DNA of 64,000 nucleotides, from assembly GCA_965222115.1 (NCBI GenBank), contig CBDCTJ010000007.1, positions 480,001 through 544,000 of the forward strand, in the 5' to 3' direction. This DNA comes from Planctomycetota bacterium. GTDB taxonomy: Bacteria; Planctomycetota; PLA2; JAEUHO01. The notes below the pieces were generated by a model that was not told the DNA's origin, ran no database searches, and worked only from the letters and a program-made list of their open reading frames with translations. The stretch's first letter is position 1. Every line of letters begins with the position of its first letter. Position numbers and translations under genes: made by a program. Shown piece by piece: positions 9,898 through 19,353 of the stretch.

Positions 9898-11445
9898 ATG
9901 GACGAGCCTGTCGTAGCGGCGCTAAAGCCACAAGCTGTCGAACTTGAGTCCGGCAAGACGTACGCGTGGTGCGCGTGCGGAAGAACAGGCGCTCAGCCCT
10001 TCTGCGATGGCAGTCACGCCGGCACCGGCATGAAGCCCAAGGTCTTCAAGGTCGAAGAAGCAAAGACTGGGTATGTGTGCATGTGTCGGCAAACCGGATC
10101 ACCGCCATTTTGCGACGGGTCTCACGCGCAACTCTCCGAACGTGACATCGGGTCCGAGCGCACACGGGCGGTCGCTGCCGGTGAGGTGCCGCCTGCCAAA
10201 CCTACGCCTGAAGAGCCAACGGTTGCCTATATCCACGAACTGGCGCGCGACGGCCTGACAAAGCTCGGGCATCACGGACCCATGGCGGCAATGGGTGTTC
10301 CGCGAAAGGACCTTCCTCATTGGGATGACATCCAGATCATGGTCGCCCAACTCGCACGCAAACCGTTGCTTGACGATGCTTCAGTTGGCACTGAACTCGT
10401 TGTTGGGCCAGAAGCCAAGAAGCCGCTCACACTTTCCATACCACTCTTCGTGTCGGACATGAGTTTCGGCGCGCTCTCCGAAGAGGCCAAGGTGGCACTA
10501 GCAAAGGGTGCTGACCTAGCAGGTACCGGAATTTGTTCGGGCGAGGGTGGCATGTTGCCCGACGAGCAAGAAGCGAATCGCCGATACTTCTACGAACTTG
10601 CTTCGGCTGGCTTTGGCTACTCCGACGATCTACTTTCGCGCGTTCAGGCATTTCACTTCAAGGGCGGCCAGGGTGCGAAGACGGGAACAGGCGGTCACTT
10701 GCCTGCGGAAAAGAACGTGGGACGAATATCGGAGGTGCGCGGCATTCCCGAGGGCACCGCAGCCATCTCGCCAGCCACCTTCAAGAATCTCACAACCGTT
10801 TCAGACTTTCGCGCGTTCGGAGACCGTGTTCGCGCGCTCACGGGCGGCATTCCCATTGGCTTTAAGTTGTCCGCCAACCACATTGAACACGACATAGACT
10901 TCGCACTGGACGCCGGTGCCGACTACATCATTCTCGATGGGCGCGGAGGCGGCACAGGCGCAGCCCCCTTGTTGTTTCGTAACAACATCTCAGTACCAAC
11001 GATTCCTGCCCTGGCCCGTGCAAGGCGACATCTCGACGCACGCGGCACTAGTGGACGCGTCACATTGATCATCACCGGCGGTCTTCGCGTGCCCGCTGAC
11101 TTCGTAAAGGCCCTGGCGCTCGGTGCCGACGGAATCGCACTTGCCAACTCGGCGATGCAAGCAGTCGGCTGCATTGGTGCGCGTATATGCAACACGAATA
11201 CCTGCCCCGCCGGCATTGCAACGCAAGATCCAGAACTTCGCAAGCGAATGAATGTGGACGAAGGTGCCCGGAAACTAAGCAACTTCTTCCACGCTGCAAC
11301 CGAACTCATGCAAGTTCTTGCCCGTGCTTGTGGACACAACCACTTGCGCGAGTTCAATCCCAATGATCTCGCCACGTGGGATCGTGCTATGGCCGATCTC
11401 AGCGGGATTCGTTTCGCAGGCGTGTCGCCTACGACTTCCTTGTAA
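9898..11445 (+). CDS. Glutamate-synthase-like FMN protein with two N-terminal CDGSH Fe-S domains
   Basis: WCACGRTGAQPFCDGSH and CMCRQTGSPPFCDGSH; SDMSFGALS, KGGQGAK, DGRGGGTGAAP, 3Fe-4S motif CIGARICNTNTCPAGIATQ; GGAG RBS before ATG 9898. Confidence 0.92.
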   Translation: MDEPVVAALKPQAVELESGKTYAWCACGRTGAQPFCDGSHAGTGMKPKVFKVEEAKTGYVCMCRQTGSPPFCDGSHAQLSERDIGSERTRAVAAGEVPPAKPTPEEPTVAYIHELARDGLTKLGHHGPMAAMGVPRKDLPHWDDIQIMVAQLARKPLLDDASVGTELVVGPEAKKPLTLSIPLFVSDMSFGALSEEAKVALAKGADLAGTGICSGEGGMLPDEQEANRRYFYELASAGFGYSDDLLSRVQAFHFKGGQGAKTGTGGHLPAEKNVGRISEVRGIPEGTAAISPATFKNLTTVSDFRAFGDRVRALTGGIPIGFKLSANHIEHDIDFALDAGADYIILDGRGGGTGAAPLLFRNNISVPTIPALARARRHLDARGTSGRVTLIITGGLRVPADFVKALALGADGIALANSAMQAVGCIGARICNTNTCPAGIATQDPELRKRMNVDEGARKLSNFFHAATELMQVLARACGHNHLREFNPNDLATWDRAMADLSGIRFAGVSPTTSL

Positions 11446-11548
11446 CCACTCGTTGCTACGCTTGCGCCTTGCAGGCGCAAGCGCGCATCGCTCAACGCCC
11501 GTACATGCAAGACAAACATCCATACCAAACCCAAAGAATGGAATAGAC

Positions 11549-11944
11549 ATGCTCAACAAGAACTGTGATGACTGCGGCAAACTACTGCTTCGGCTGACCG
11601 TCGGTGGCCTCATGCTCTTTCACGGCGTCGCCAAAGTGCAACATGGCCTGGCACCCATCGAAGGCATGCTGGATGCCAAAGGGCTACCAACGTTCTTGGC
11701 GTACGGTGCGTACGTGGGGGAACTGGTAGCGCCGCTGCTCATCATCGTTGGACTGTTTTCGCGATTCGCCTCGCTCGCCCTCATTGGCAACATGATCATG
11801 GCTATCGTACTCGCGCACACAAGCCACTTCTTTGCGTTAGATGGGCACGGCGGCTGGTCCGTTGAACTCCCCATGTTCTTCTTGCTGGGTGCTGCATGCA
11901 TTACGTTACTGGGATCGGGGCGCTACGCCATAAAGCCCGACTAA
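11549..11944 (+). CDS. DoxX family membrane protein
   Basis: LLLRLTVGGLMLFHGVAK, GELVAPLLIIVGLFSR, GGWSVEL, GSGRYA. Confidence 0.9.
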   Translation: MLNKNCDDCGKLLLRLTVGGLMLFHGVAKVQHGLAPIEGMLDAKGLPTFLAYGAYVGELVAPLLIIVGLFSRFASLALIGNMIMAIVLAHTSHFFALDGHGGWSVELPMFFLLGAACITLLGSGRYAIKPD

Positions 11945-12052
11945 GCGCACCTCACGCATGCTGGAACGCATCCGGTGATTACGTATCACGCGATTCCTCT
12001 TCGCTGGGTTCTTCGAATCGATGAAAAGCAAATTTTGTTTCTTATCTCACGC

Positions 12053-12634
12053 CTAAACATCGGAATCGTCGTCAAACAGCGCAATGAGCACCCTTGCCGC
12101 CGCGCGATAGATCGGACTGGTCGAGAGGCTGCGAGTCTTTTCGGCAAACGATGGCGCCCAGTCCTCTAGAAGGGCGCGAGCCCTAGCATGGAGATCACCC
12201 GACGCGTCGATCTGACCCGCGGCCGCGCAGAGTGAAAGCAGCATACCCACGTGGTCGGATGGCGCGTTGCCCATGCCGGCGTCGATAGGTTCCAATCGCA
12301 ATGCAGCGTATAGCGAGGAGATCTCGTGGTTGAGCGCGGCGCGTACCGCACCGTCATCGCCCGATTTCCATGCAGCGGCGTAAGGCGAGGCGCCCCCCGG
12401 CAACAGAAACAAGCGCGCATACTCCGCCGCATGGTCATCGAATGTGGCTTCGTCCCACGATGCGGGGTCAATAAAACGTTCAAACTCAAGTTCTAGCGTC
12501 TCAAAGACTTCAACAACGCGTGGCTCTGCCAAGGCGCGTAGCAGCGCGGCATCGACTTCTTTCAAGAAAATGCGCGCAAGCAACGCTTCGACGGCGTTCA
12601 ACGAGGTCGATGGTTCCATGTCAAAGCCGGTCAA
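12053..12634 (-). CDS. TorD/DmsD family redox-enzyme maturation chaperone
   Basis: EYARLFL, SPYAAAW, PSDHVG; overlaps the molybdoenzyme stop codon. Confidence 0.88.
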   Translation of the reverse strand: MTGFDMEPSTSLNAVEALLARIFLKEVDAALLRALAEPRVVEVFETLELEFERFIDPASWDEATFDDHAAEYARLFLLPGGASPYAAAWKSGDDGAVRAALNHEISSLYAALRLEPIDAGMGNAPSDHVGMLLSLCAAAGQIDASGDLHARARALLEDWAPSFAEKTRSLSTSPIYRAAARVLIALFDDDSDV

Positions 12635-15336
12635 ACCTTTCGAATCGTGGCCACGTTGTCGTACCAGTTTTGGCCACCCACCAACGGTGCGGGGTTAATG
12701 GGCAAGACGTCGTTGATGTGAACGCCGTGACCGGGGCCGTCCTGTTCCGTTGCCCACCAAACGTTCTTTGGTAGATCACGATCGGCGAGGACCTTATGGT
12801 CGGCCCCGGGATCGCTTGCACCGGACTTGCCGCGACCCACGGACCCATGTTCCCAATGCCCCAGATGGTGCGAGCAACATATAACGCGCGGATGAACGCC
12901 TTCTAGCAGCCGCACGGCTTGCTTAAAGGTGCCAACGGGTTTGGCTTCGTTGGCGCGATAGGTATTGCCCTGCGGCCGCTTCACCGTAACCTCGATCATG
13001 TCGCCGTTCTTAATGCCCAAGCGCTTACCCGTACTGGGATGCATGTAAATGGGGTTGGCGTGAACGATCTCGGTTTGATGCTTCCAGTATCCGCTGCGCC
13101 CTTGCGTGTGCACATTCCACTTAAAGGTCGTAAAGACCAGCTCGTTGTCTTTCAAGGTATCGAGTTCGGGTACGGGGAACCACGTAGGCAACGCGGCGCC
13201 ATGGGGATCGCCGTCGGGTAGTCCTACCGCCTTAGCCGCCACCTCAAAGATTGGATCAAACACGTTGATCTTCCGCGTGGGTGTGGGGAAACCCTGCACC
13301 GCTTTGCCATCTTGCATAATGCCAATCGCGGACCGCTTTCCCTTTACCTCCTTGTAGATGATGCCACTCGCTTGATCGACGGTGGAGCCTTCAAGGGCAC
13401 TCTTCGCGACAGGCCGCTCGTAGAGCTCGTAGTCCTTTTGGCGCTTGGGGTCATGCCAAATGCCGCGGGCCTTGAAGGCGTCCCAGCCCCCGTCCACACG
13501 TGCCCAGACGTTCTTGTACCACTCCTTGTAAAAGCCCTCGAGCCCTGCCGCCGTTGGCTCGAAGTCAAAGTACTTGGCCATGTCGTCACCGATCATGTGC
13601 GCCCAGTCACGCAACATACGCTGAACGCTGCGCGCCTCACCGAGGGGCTTGCTGAGGGGCTGGCGAATGCCCGTATACGGAATCAGTTCGTGACAGTTTT
13701 GCGAGTGGGCATCCCAGCGCTCAAGACTCGTGGCATCGGGCAAAATCAAGTCGGCCAGCTTGGCCTGTTCGCTGTAGTTGATGTCGATACACACGTGGTA
13801 GGGAATGAGCGACTCGTCGAGCAGCACCTCGCGCGCAAGACTCGCTTCTGGGTACCCGTAGGCCGCCCCGTAGGTGAAGCTCATGTAGAGGCCGACTTTG
13901 GCGCGTCCCTCTTTGATGTAGTGATGGATGAGTTGTCCTACGCGCATGGCGTACCAATGCCAAGCGAGCGGATACTCCGAGGGTGTGTTGAGTTCGCCTG
14001 TGTACTTCTTGCGCCACATAGCAGGCAAGCGCTTAACGCGCTCTTTGATGGCCGACGGCAACTCCTCGAACTGTGGCGTGCCATCGGCGTAGGCCTTCGG
14101 CGAGGGCGGCTTGGGGCCCGGAATCTTGATCGCGGGAAGTCCATCCTGACCGTACTTGCCGCCCCACATCCGCAGGGAACTCAGGCAGAATCCGCCCGGC
14201 TTGCCTACATTGCCTACCAACACATCAAGCAGTCGAATGCCGCGGTCGGCTTGTACGCCGTTGTAATGTTTGGCCGACCCACGGTTGGACATCGTGCAGC
14301 AACGAGGTGCCGCTTTGGCAAACTCGCGTGCGATGCGCCGAATGTCGTCGGCGGGCACCCCCGACTTTTTGGCAGCCCATTCCGGCGTGTACTTGTGAGT
14401 GTCAACGATGTGCTTCTTGACGTCTTCAATCGGGATGTTGACCCACCGTTTCCAGAACCGGGGATTGTAGAGGCCCTCGCTAAGAACCACGTAGCACATG
14501 GCAAAGGCAATGCACCCGTCGGTCCCGGGCATGACGGGGAAATACTCGTCAGACACCGACGCCGTGGCGCTAGGCCGGACTTCAAACGTCACCATGCGCG
14601 CGCCGTGATCGACGCGGGCGTCTTGAACGCGCCCCGCCAGGAACATGCCGCCTTGGTAGGCCTCCATGGGATTGGCGCCAAAGTTCACGATGTACTTCGT
14701 GTTGGCAACGTCCTGCGTTTCCCATTCAAAGTCGCGCCCGTAGAAGCTCATCAGCGGGGCGCGTCGGTTGGAGGAACAGATGGAGCGCCGATTCACACGG
14801 TTCGGTGTGCCATAGGCTTTGCAAAAGTGTGAGGTAAAGCCCTTGGTCTTGTCGCGGCCGTAGTGAAAGACAAAGCGCTCCGGATGGCCGCTCTCGCGAA
14901 TCGTCTTGAGGCGCGTGGCGACTTCCTTGTTGGCTTCGTCCCACGAAACTCGCTTCCACTTGCCTTCGCCACGCTTGCCTACGCGCTTCATGGGATAGAG
15001 CACGCGATCGGGGTAATAGGTGTAGGAGATCATGGCGTTGGCCTTGCCACAGATCTTGCCACGCGCATTGATGTCGAGGGGGTTGCCTTCAATGCGACGC
15101 ACAACACCGTCTTGTACCCAACCAATCACGCCGCAGTGTGTCGTACACCCAAAACAGATCGTGGGCGTGGCTTTGGCCTTCCTGTAGTCGAGCGGGCGCT
15201 TGCGGTCGGGGCCAGCGTCCGGCTGTTCTTCCGCATGAGCGATGCGAAACACGGGCAGCGCCGCGCCGGCAGCCATGGCGGCAGACGCACCCAGTGCAAG
15301 CTTCATAAGATCACGTCGAGAAACAGAGCGCGCCAT
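12631..15336 (-). CDS. Tat-exported DMSO-reductase-family molybdopterin oxidoreductase (Psr/Ttr/Arr-like catalytic subunit)
   Basis: SRRDLMK Tat signal; FS0 motif CFGCTTHC...CGK; YPMKRVGKRGEGKWKRVSWDEA; candidate Cys ligand in RRSICSS; ADLILPDATSLERW; molydop-binding C-terminus. Confidence 0.93.
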   Translation of the reverse strand: MARSVSRRDLMKLALGASAAMAAGAALPVFRIAHAEEQPDAGPDRKRPLDYRKAKATPTICFGCTTHCGVIGWVQDGVVRRIEGNPLDINARGKICGKANAMISYTYYPDRVLYPMKRVGKRGEGKWKRVSWDEANKEVATRLKTIRESGHPERFVFHYGRDKTKGFTSHFCKAYGTPNRVNRRSICSSNRRAPLMSFYGRDFEWETQDVANTKYIVNFGANPMEAYQGGMFLAGRVQDARVDHGARMVTFEVRPSATASVSDEYFPVMPGTDGCIAFAMCYVVLSEGLYNPRFWKRWVNIPIEDVKKHIVDTHKYTPEWAAKKSGVPADDIRRIAREFAKAAPRCCTMSNRGSAKHYNGVQADRGIRLLDVLVGNVGKPGGFCLSSLRMWGGKYGQDGLPAIKIPGPKPPSPKAYADGTPQFEELPSAIKERVKRLPAMWRKKYTGELNTPSEYPLAWHWYAMRVGQLIHHYIKEGRAKVGLYMSFTYGAAYGYPEASLAREVLLDESLIPYHVCIDINYSEQAKLADLILPDATSLERWDAHSQNCHELIPYTGIRQPLSKPLGEARSVQRMLRDWAHMIGDDMAKYFDFEPTAAGLEGFYKEWYKNVWARVDGGWDAFKARGIWHDPKRQKDYELYERPVAKSALEGSTVDQASGIIYKEVKGKRSAIGIMQDGKAVQGFPTPTRKINVFDPIFEVAAKAVGLPDGDPHGAALPTWFPVPELDTLKDNELVFTTFKWNVHTQGRSGYWKHQTEIVHANPIYMHPSTGKRLGIKNGDMIEVTVKRPQGNTYRANEAKPVGTFKQAVRLLEGVHPRVICCSHHLGHWEHGSVGRGKSGASDPGADHKVLADRDLPKNVWWATEQDGPGHGVHINDVLPINPAPLVGGQNWYDNVATIRKV

Positions 15337-15338
15337 CG

Positions 15339-16007
15339 TTAGTCTGCCCTCTTTTGCACATAGATGAGTTCGTCTTCGTCCGGATGCAGTTGGACGCCAC
15401 CTTGAATGCCCTTCTCAACCGAGGGCTGTAGACCGATGTAACGCACCGTGGGTTTGGCGCCAGATTCTTCGCGAAATCCGCGCGCACCGTTGGCTTTAGC
15501 GACCTTGGCAAGTTTGCTTTCGGGATCGCCGAGATCACCGAAACGCAACGTGCCCGATGGGCAGGAAGCCACACACGCGGGATCCAAACCAACCTCAGTG
15601 CGGTGCTGACATAAATCACACTTATCCGCGATGCCTGCAGCGGGATCGAGCTGAATCGCGTCGTACGGGCAGGCCGCAATGCAGTCCATATTGCCGTCGC
15701 ACTTGTCATGCTCAACGACAACGCGTCCGTCGGGCTTCCTCGTCATCGCATCGGTGGGACACGCCGGAATGCACGGGGCATCTTCACAGTGCATGCAGAG
15801 CATAGGAACAAAGGCCAGTTGGGCCGACCCCGGTCGCTCGACGTATCGCACGCGCGTGCGAAACACACCAAGCGCCACATCGTGCTCGGTCTTGCACGAG
15901 ACGCTGCACGCATGGCACCCGATGCATCGCCTCAGATCAATAACCATGCCTGCACGTTTCATGGTGCGAGGTTTCCCGGGCGGTTCCCACGGAAGGGGTT
16001 CAGACAT
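15339..16007 (-). CDS. Four-cluster Fe-S subunit (PsrB/TtrB/DmsB-like)
   Basis: CIGCHACSVSC, CMHCEDAPCIPACP, CDGNMDCIAACPY, CDLC...PACVASCP. Confidence 0.94.
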   Translation of the reverse strand: MSEPLPWEPPGKPRTMKRAGMVIDLRRCIGCHACSVSCKTEHDVALGVFRTRVRYVERPGSAQLAFVPMLCMHCEDAPCIPACPTDAMTRKPDGRVVVEHDKCDGNMDCIAACPYDAIQLDPAAGIADKCDLCQHRTEVGLDPACVASCPSGTLRFGDLGDPESKLAKVAKANGARGFREESGAKPTVRYIGLQPSVEKGIQGGVQLHPDEDELIYVQKRAD

Positions 16008-16196
16008 GCGGGCTCCTCACCGAGTGGTAGGACCCCATCATGCGCGCCAACGAAGCAAAACGAAAACCACGTCCAGCACGCCCTTTGGGCCTAAGGCCTG
16101 AGTATTGGTAGATATGATGCAACACCGAACGATCAACGGATTGTTCGATGGGTGCCACAATGCGACGCGGTATCTCATTCGGGTGGCTGTGCGTCA

Positions 16197-18141
16197 CTAC
16201 TTTGCCGACCGCTCCTTCAACTCCACCGTGGAAGGACCGGGTACAGAGAACCTGGCGCTCCTCGTCCCACTGTGTGCCATGTAGTCCCCCGGCGGAATCC
16301 AACGAATGACGGCCGCACCATCCGATACGATCGCTGACCGATGAAAGCTTCTAGCGGAAGAGCGATCTCGATGGCTCACCCAAACATTGCTCGTGGCGTT
16401 GGTAATCGTTACGTCTTGCAATGGAGGAACTGTCAAGCGTATCGCGTTCTTTCCCGATGTTACGGTCGCCCGTTCGCTATGTACTTGTGCCTGCCTCATC
16501 ATTCTACGTCCTGAGCCCATGGAGACGCCCAGCGTGACTTCCCCTGGCTGGAGTCCGCGAATGATGGCCTGACGTTCTTCGTTGCATGATGCCGACTTGG
16601 AATCTAGGTCTCCGGCACGCGCAGAGATGGAAATCGTCTCGCCGTCAAGCTCGGGAATCCCTTCTACCGTGACTATGAGTTCAGCTGTTTCGGCGAATGT
16701 GATTGTGAGATCTTGTCCCTCAAGTCGATCCAACTCGACCCGCTTCTCGCCATACTTCCTGGACGAAGCCTGGATCCACACCTTCGTGTCCTTGTCCGTC
16801 GGAACATCCATGGAGGGCACCACGACTTGCTTGTCACCCACGGGGGCACAGGCGATCGCGCCCCCAGAGCGACCTACAGTGCTGCTCTTGTACCCGGCTC
16901 GAAACGAAACCTTCGGGAGCGGCCTCCCATCGGGGCCCAATGGACACGTATCTATGGGGAGCGAGCTTGGGCACATGGATCGTGTGCCTCGTCACGCCTG
17001 CGTCGAGCTCAATAAGTTCAATAGCTTCAACGACTTGGTGCCCGGGATGGAAATGCCCACCGCGCACAACGCCGATCGCTACGGTTCCCTCCGGCAAATC
17101 GGAAAGCACCGTTTCACGCGACCCTGACCCGCGCCCAAAAGAACGCACATGGCGTGGAGACGTTGCGCGCGCCTGCATCGTTGCCTCGCTCGGCGGCGTT
17201 GACTTCTTCCAGGGGATTGCGATTGGCACGGCCGTACTCTCTTGCCCGTCTGGAAACTTGATGTCGACGATAAGTGTGGGCCTGGCTTCAAGCACGATGC
17301 GAGCGTTTGCTTCTTTCCCCTCTTCGACCACAAACGAGTCGAGTTGACCAACCAACTCCTGATACTCGCCGGCCGTCACCTTGACAGAAAACGTACCTGG
17401 CTTGAGGGTCAACGGAACATTCGCCGAACGCCACTCCAGGTGATGGGTGCTTTCGCCCTTGAGACGTATGGAGGCACGCGTGGGCACTTCGCCCGACGGC
17501 CTTACAAGATCAAATTTGACCTTGGTGACTCGCGCGGCGAGAAACTCAACGTGAGCGCCCACTTCAACGTTGTGCATCATTTGGGATGAAATTCTCCAAC
17601 CCTCAGCAAACGCGCGAAGCGTATGTTTCGCATCGGTCACTCCACGAAGCACAAACGTCCCCGCAGCATCCGTCGTTGCCGACAACTCATGCGATCGCCT
17701 CCTCCGCTCACTTTCCACCAGGGATTCGAACTGCGTCAGTAGCCGCTCTTCCGCGCTCATTTGCTCCCAGTTTTTCCAACGTGCCCGCATGTCATGCGCA
17801 GGATTGGCCGTCACCACGACACCAGGCACCGGATCTCCCGAACTCGTTTTAACAATGCCTGTAATTTCCCCATCGCCTCGTACCGGCTCGTCGGTAGGAA
17901 TCGAACGAATGAGTCCCCGAATGGTACTTGTGTCACCACTGCTGCCCTTGAGTTGCGGTTGATGCAATAAGGGCGCGTCTGTCTTGTCCTCGCCAGACGA
18001 ATCTGAGGGCTCGGTCGTGGACACCAGCTCATCATTCGGAGACGGTGTACGGGTATCGGATGATTGTGAACCAATAAGATAGCCACCGCCAAAGGCAGCA
18101 CCGGCTACAAGCGCCATGACCAGGAGGACGTTGCTTCGCAT
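16197..18141 (-). pseudogene. Membrane-anchored carboxypeptidase-regulatory-like domain protein split by a frameshift near 16940
   Basis: ORF 16834-18141 (TM, GEITGIV...PVPGVVV...TTDAAGTFVLRGV) loses coding-like character after RYVSI; ORF 16197-16976 resumes the repeat pattern at LGPDGRPL. Confidence 0.7.
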
Positions 18142-18225
18142 TCGACTAGCTCCTTCAGGGCAGTTTATCGAGATACCGAGCCAGCGAGAACCGCGCGATT
18201 CACCTTGGTTCGTGCAACATCCGGG

Positions 18226-19095
18226 CTAGAGCCCTCGCGCCCAATCGGGGCGCAGTGGGATGTCGCCTTCGAGCGCCGCGTCGATGACATCTACCAGTTG
18301 ATCACGGTCACGGGGTAAGCGTCCCGATAGGGGAAGCCAGTTGCTGGCGTGGTTGGTACGAAAGATCGCGTCGGTTGTATCGGTGTAGCGAATCATGGTT
18401 CGCAACTCGGTCAGCAAGCCTCGGACATCGGGTAACACAAACTGACCACGCTCTTGTAGCGTGGCGATGGGCGTTCCCGGCACCACTGTGAGCGTGAGTG
18501 CAGAAAGAAAGCGCGGATCCATGGCGGTGGCAAGCTCGGCCGACGCACGTGCGTGTTCCTCGGTGCGCTCCACACCGCCGGCCCCCAGCAAAAAGATGCA
18601 TGAGAGTTTCATGCCCGCTTTGTGAGCCTTGGTCGCGGCTTCGGCGTGTTGCGCATGCGTTGCACCCTTGGCAATGCGTTTCATGGTGACATCGTCACCC
18701 GACTCGGGACCCACGTAGAGCAGGGATAAACCCAACTCACGCAAGCGCTGCAGTTCTTCCTGCGACTTCGCCAGGAGATTTCGGGCGGTCGCATAGGCGC
18801 TCACGCGACGAAGCAAGGGAAATGACGCATAAAGTGCCTTCAGTACGGTTTCCCAAGACGCCCAATCCATCACCAGTGCATCGCCGTCGGCCACGAAGAC
18901 TTTGGTCGTGCGCGGCGCCTGCGCCGCCGCCATACGAATATCATCCAGCACATCCGCCATGTCGCGCACGCGGTACGACTTGTCGCGGTACATGTCGCAG
19001 TACGTACAGTGATTCCACGAGCAGCCAATGGTGGCCTGCAAGATGTAGGAGTGGGCCTCACTCGGCGGGCGGTAGATCGTTCCTTCGTAACGCAC
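18226..19095 (-). CDS. Radical SAM protein (short Fe-S oxidoreductase family)
   Basis: GTG start after GGAGG; YEGTIYRPPSEA; CxxxCxxC = CSWNHCTYC; VFVADGDAL; FRTNHASN. Confidence 0.92.
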   Translation of the reverse strand: MRYEGTIYRPPSEAHSYILQATIGCSWNHCTYCDMYRDKSYRVRDMADVLDDIRMAAAQAPRTTKVFVADGDALVMDWASWETVLKALYASFPLLRRVSAYATARNLLAKSQEELQRLRELGLSLLYVGPESGDDVTMKRIAKGATHAQHAEAATKAHKAGMKLSCIFLLGAGGVERTEEHARASAELATAMDPRFLSALTLTVVPGTPIATLQERGQFVLPDVRGLLTELRTMIRYTDTTDAIFRTNHASNWLPLSGRLPRDRDQLVDVIDAALEGDIPLRPDWARGL

Positions 19096-19353
19096 CCCTC
19101 CAAGCTTACTCGCCAATCGATGGGTCGCTTCAAGGACAGCGTGCGGAATGCGGTTGTGGGAACCACTGCGGATCAGCAATTCGCGAAAACGCGAGGCACG
19201 GCGACCCCGCTCCAACGCCTCATTGTTCGACCTCCGTTGCACACGGGTCGTTGTCGCTGGGGCGTGGGCCAGAAATCTTGAGAATTCCAGTCCTCGATCA
19301 CCAGCGCGGGGAGTCCTTGCTTCAGAACCCAGTCCCTTTCTCGGAGCAGAACA

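Noticed and set aside
13312-14832. 506-aa plus-strand ORF
   Set aside because: Antisense shadow of the molybdoenzyme gene; no motifs; expected in high-GC DNA.
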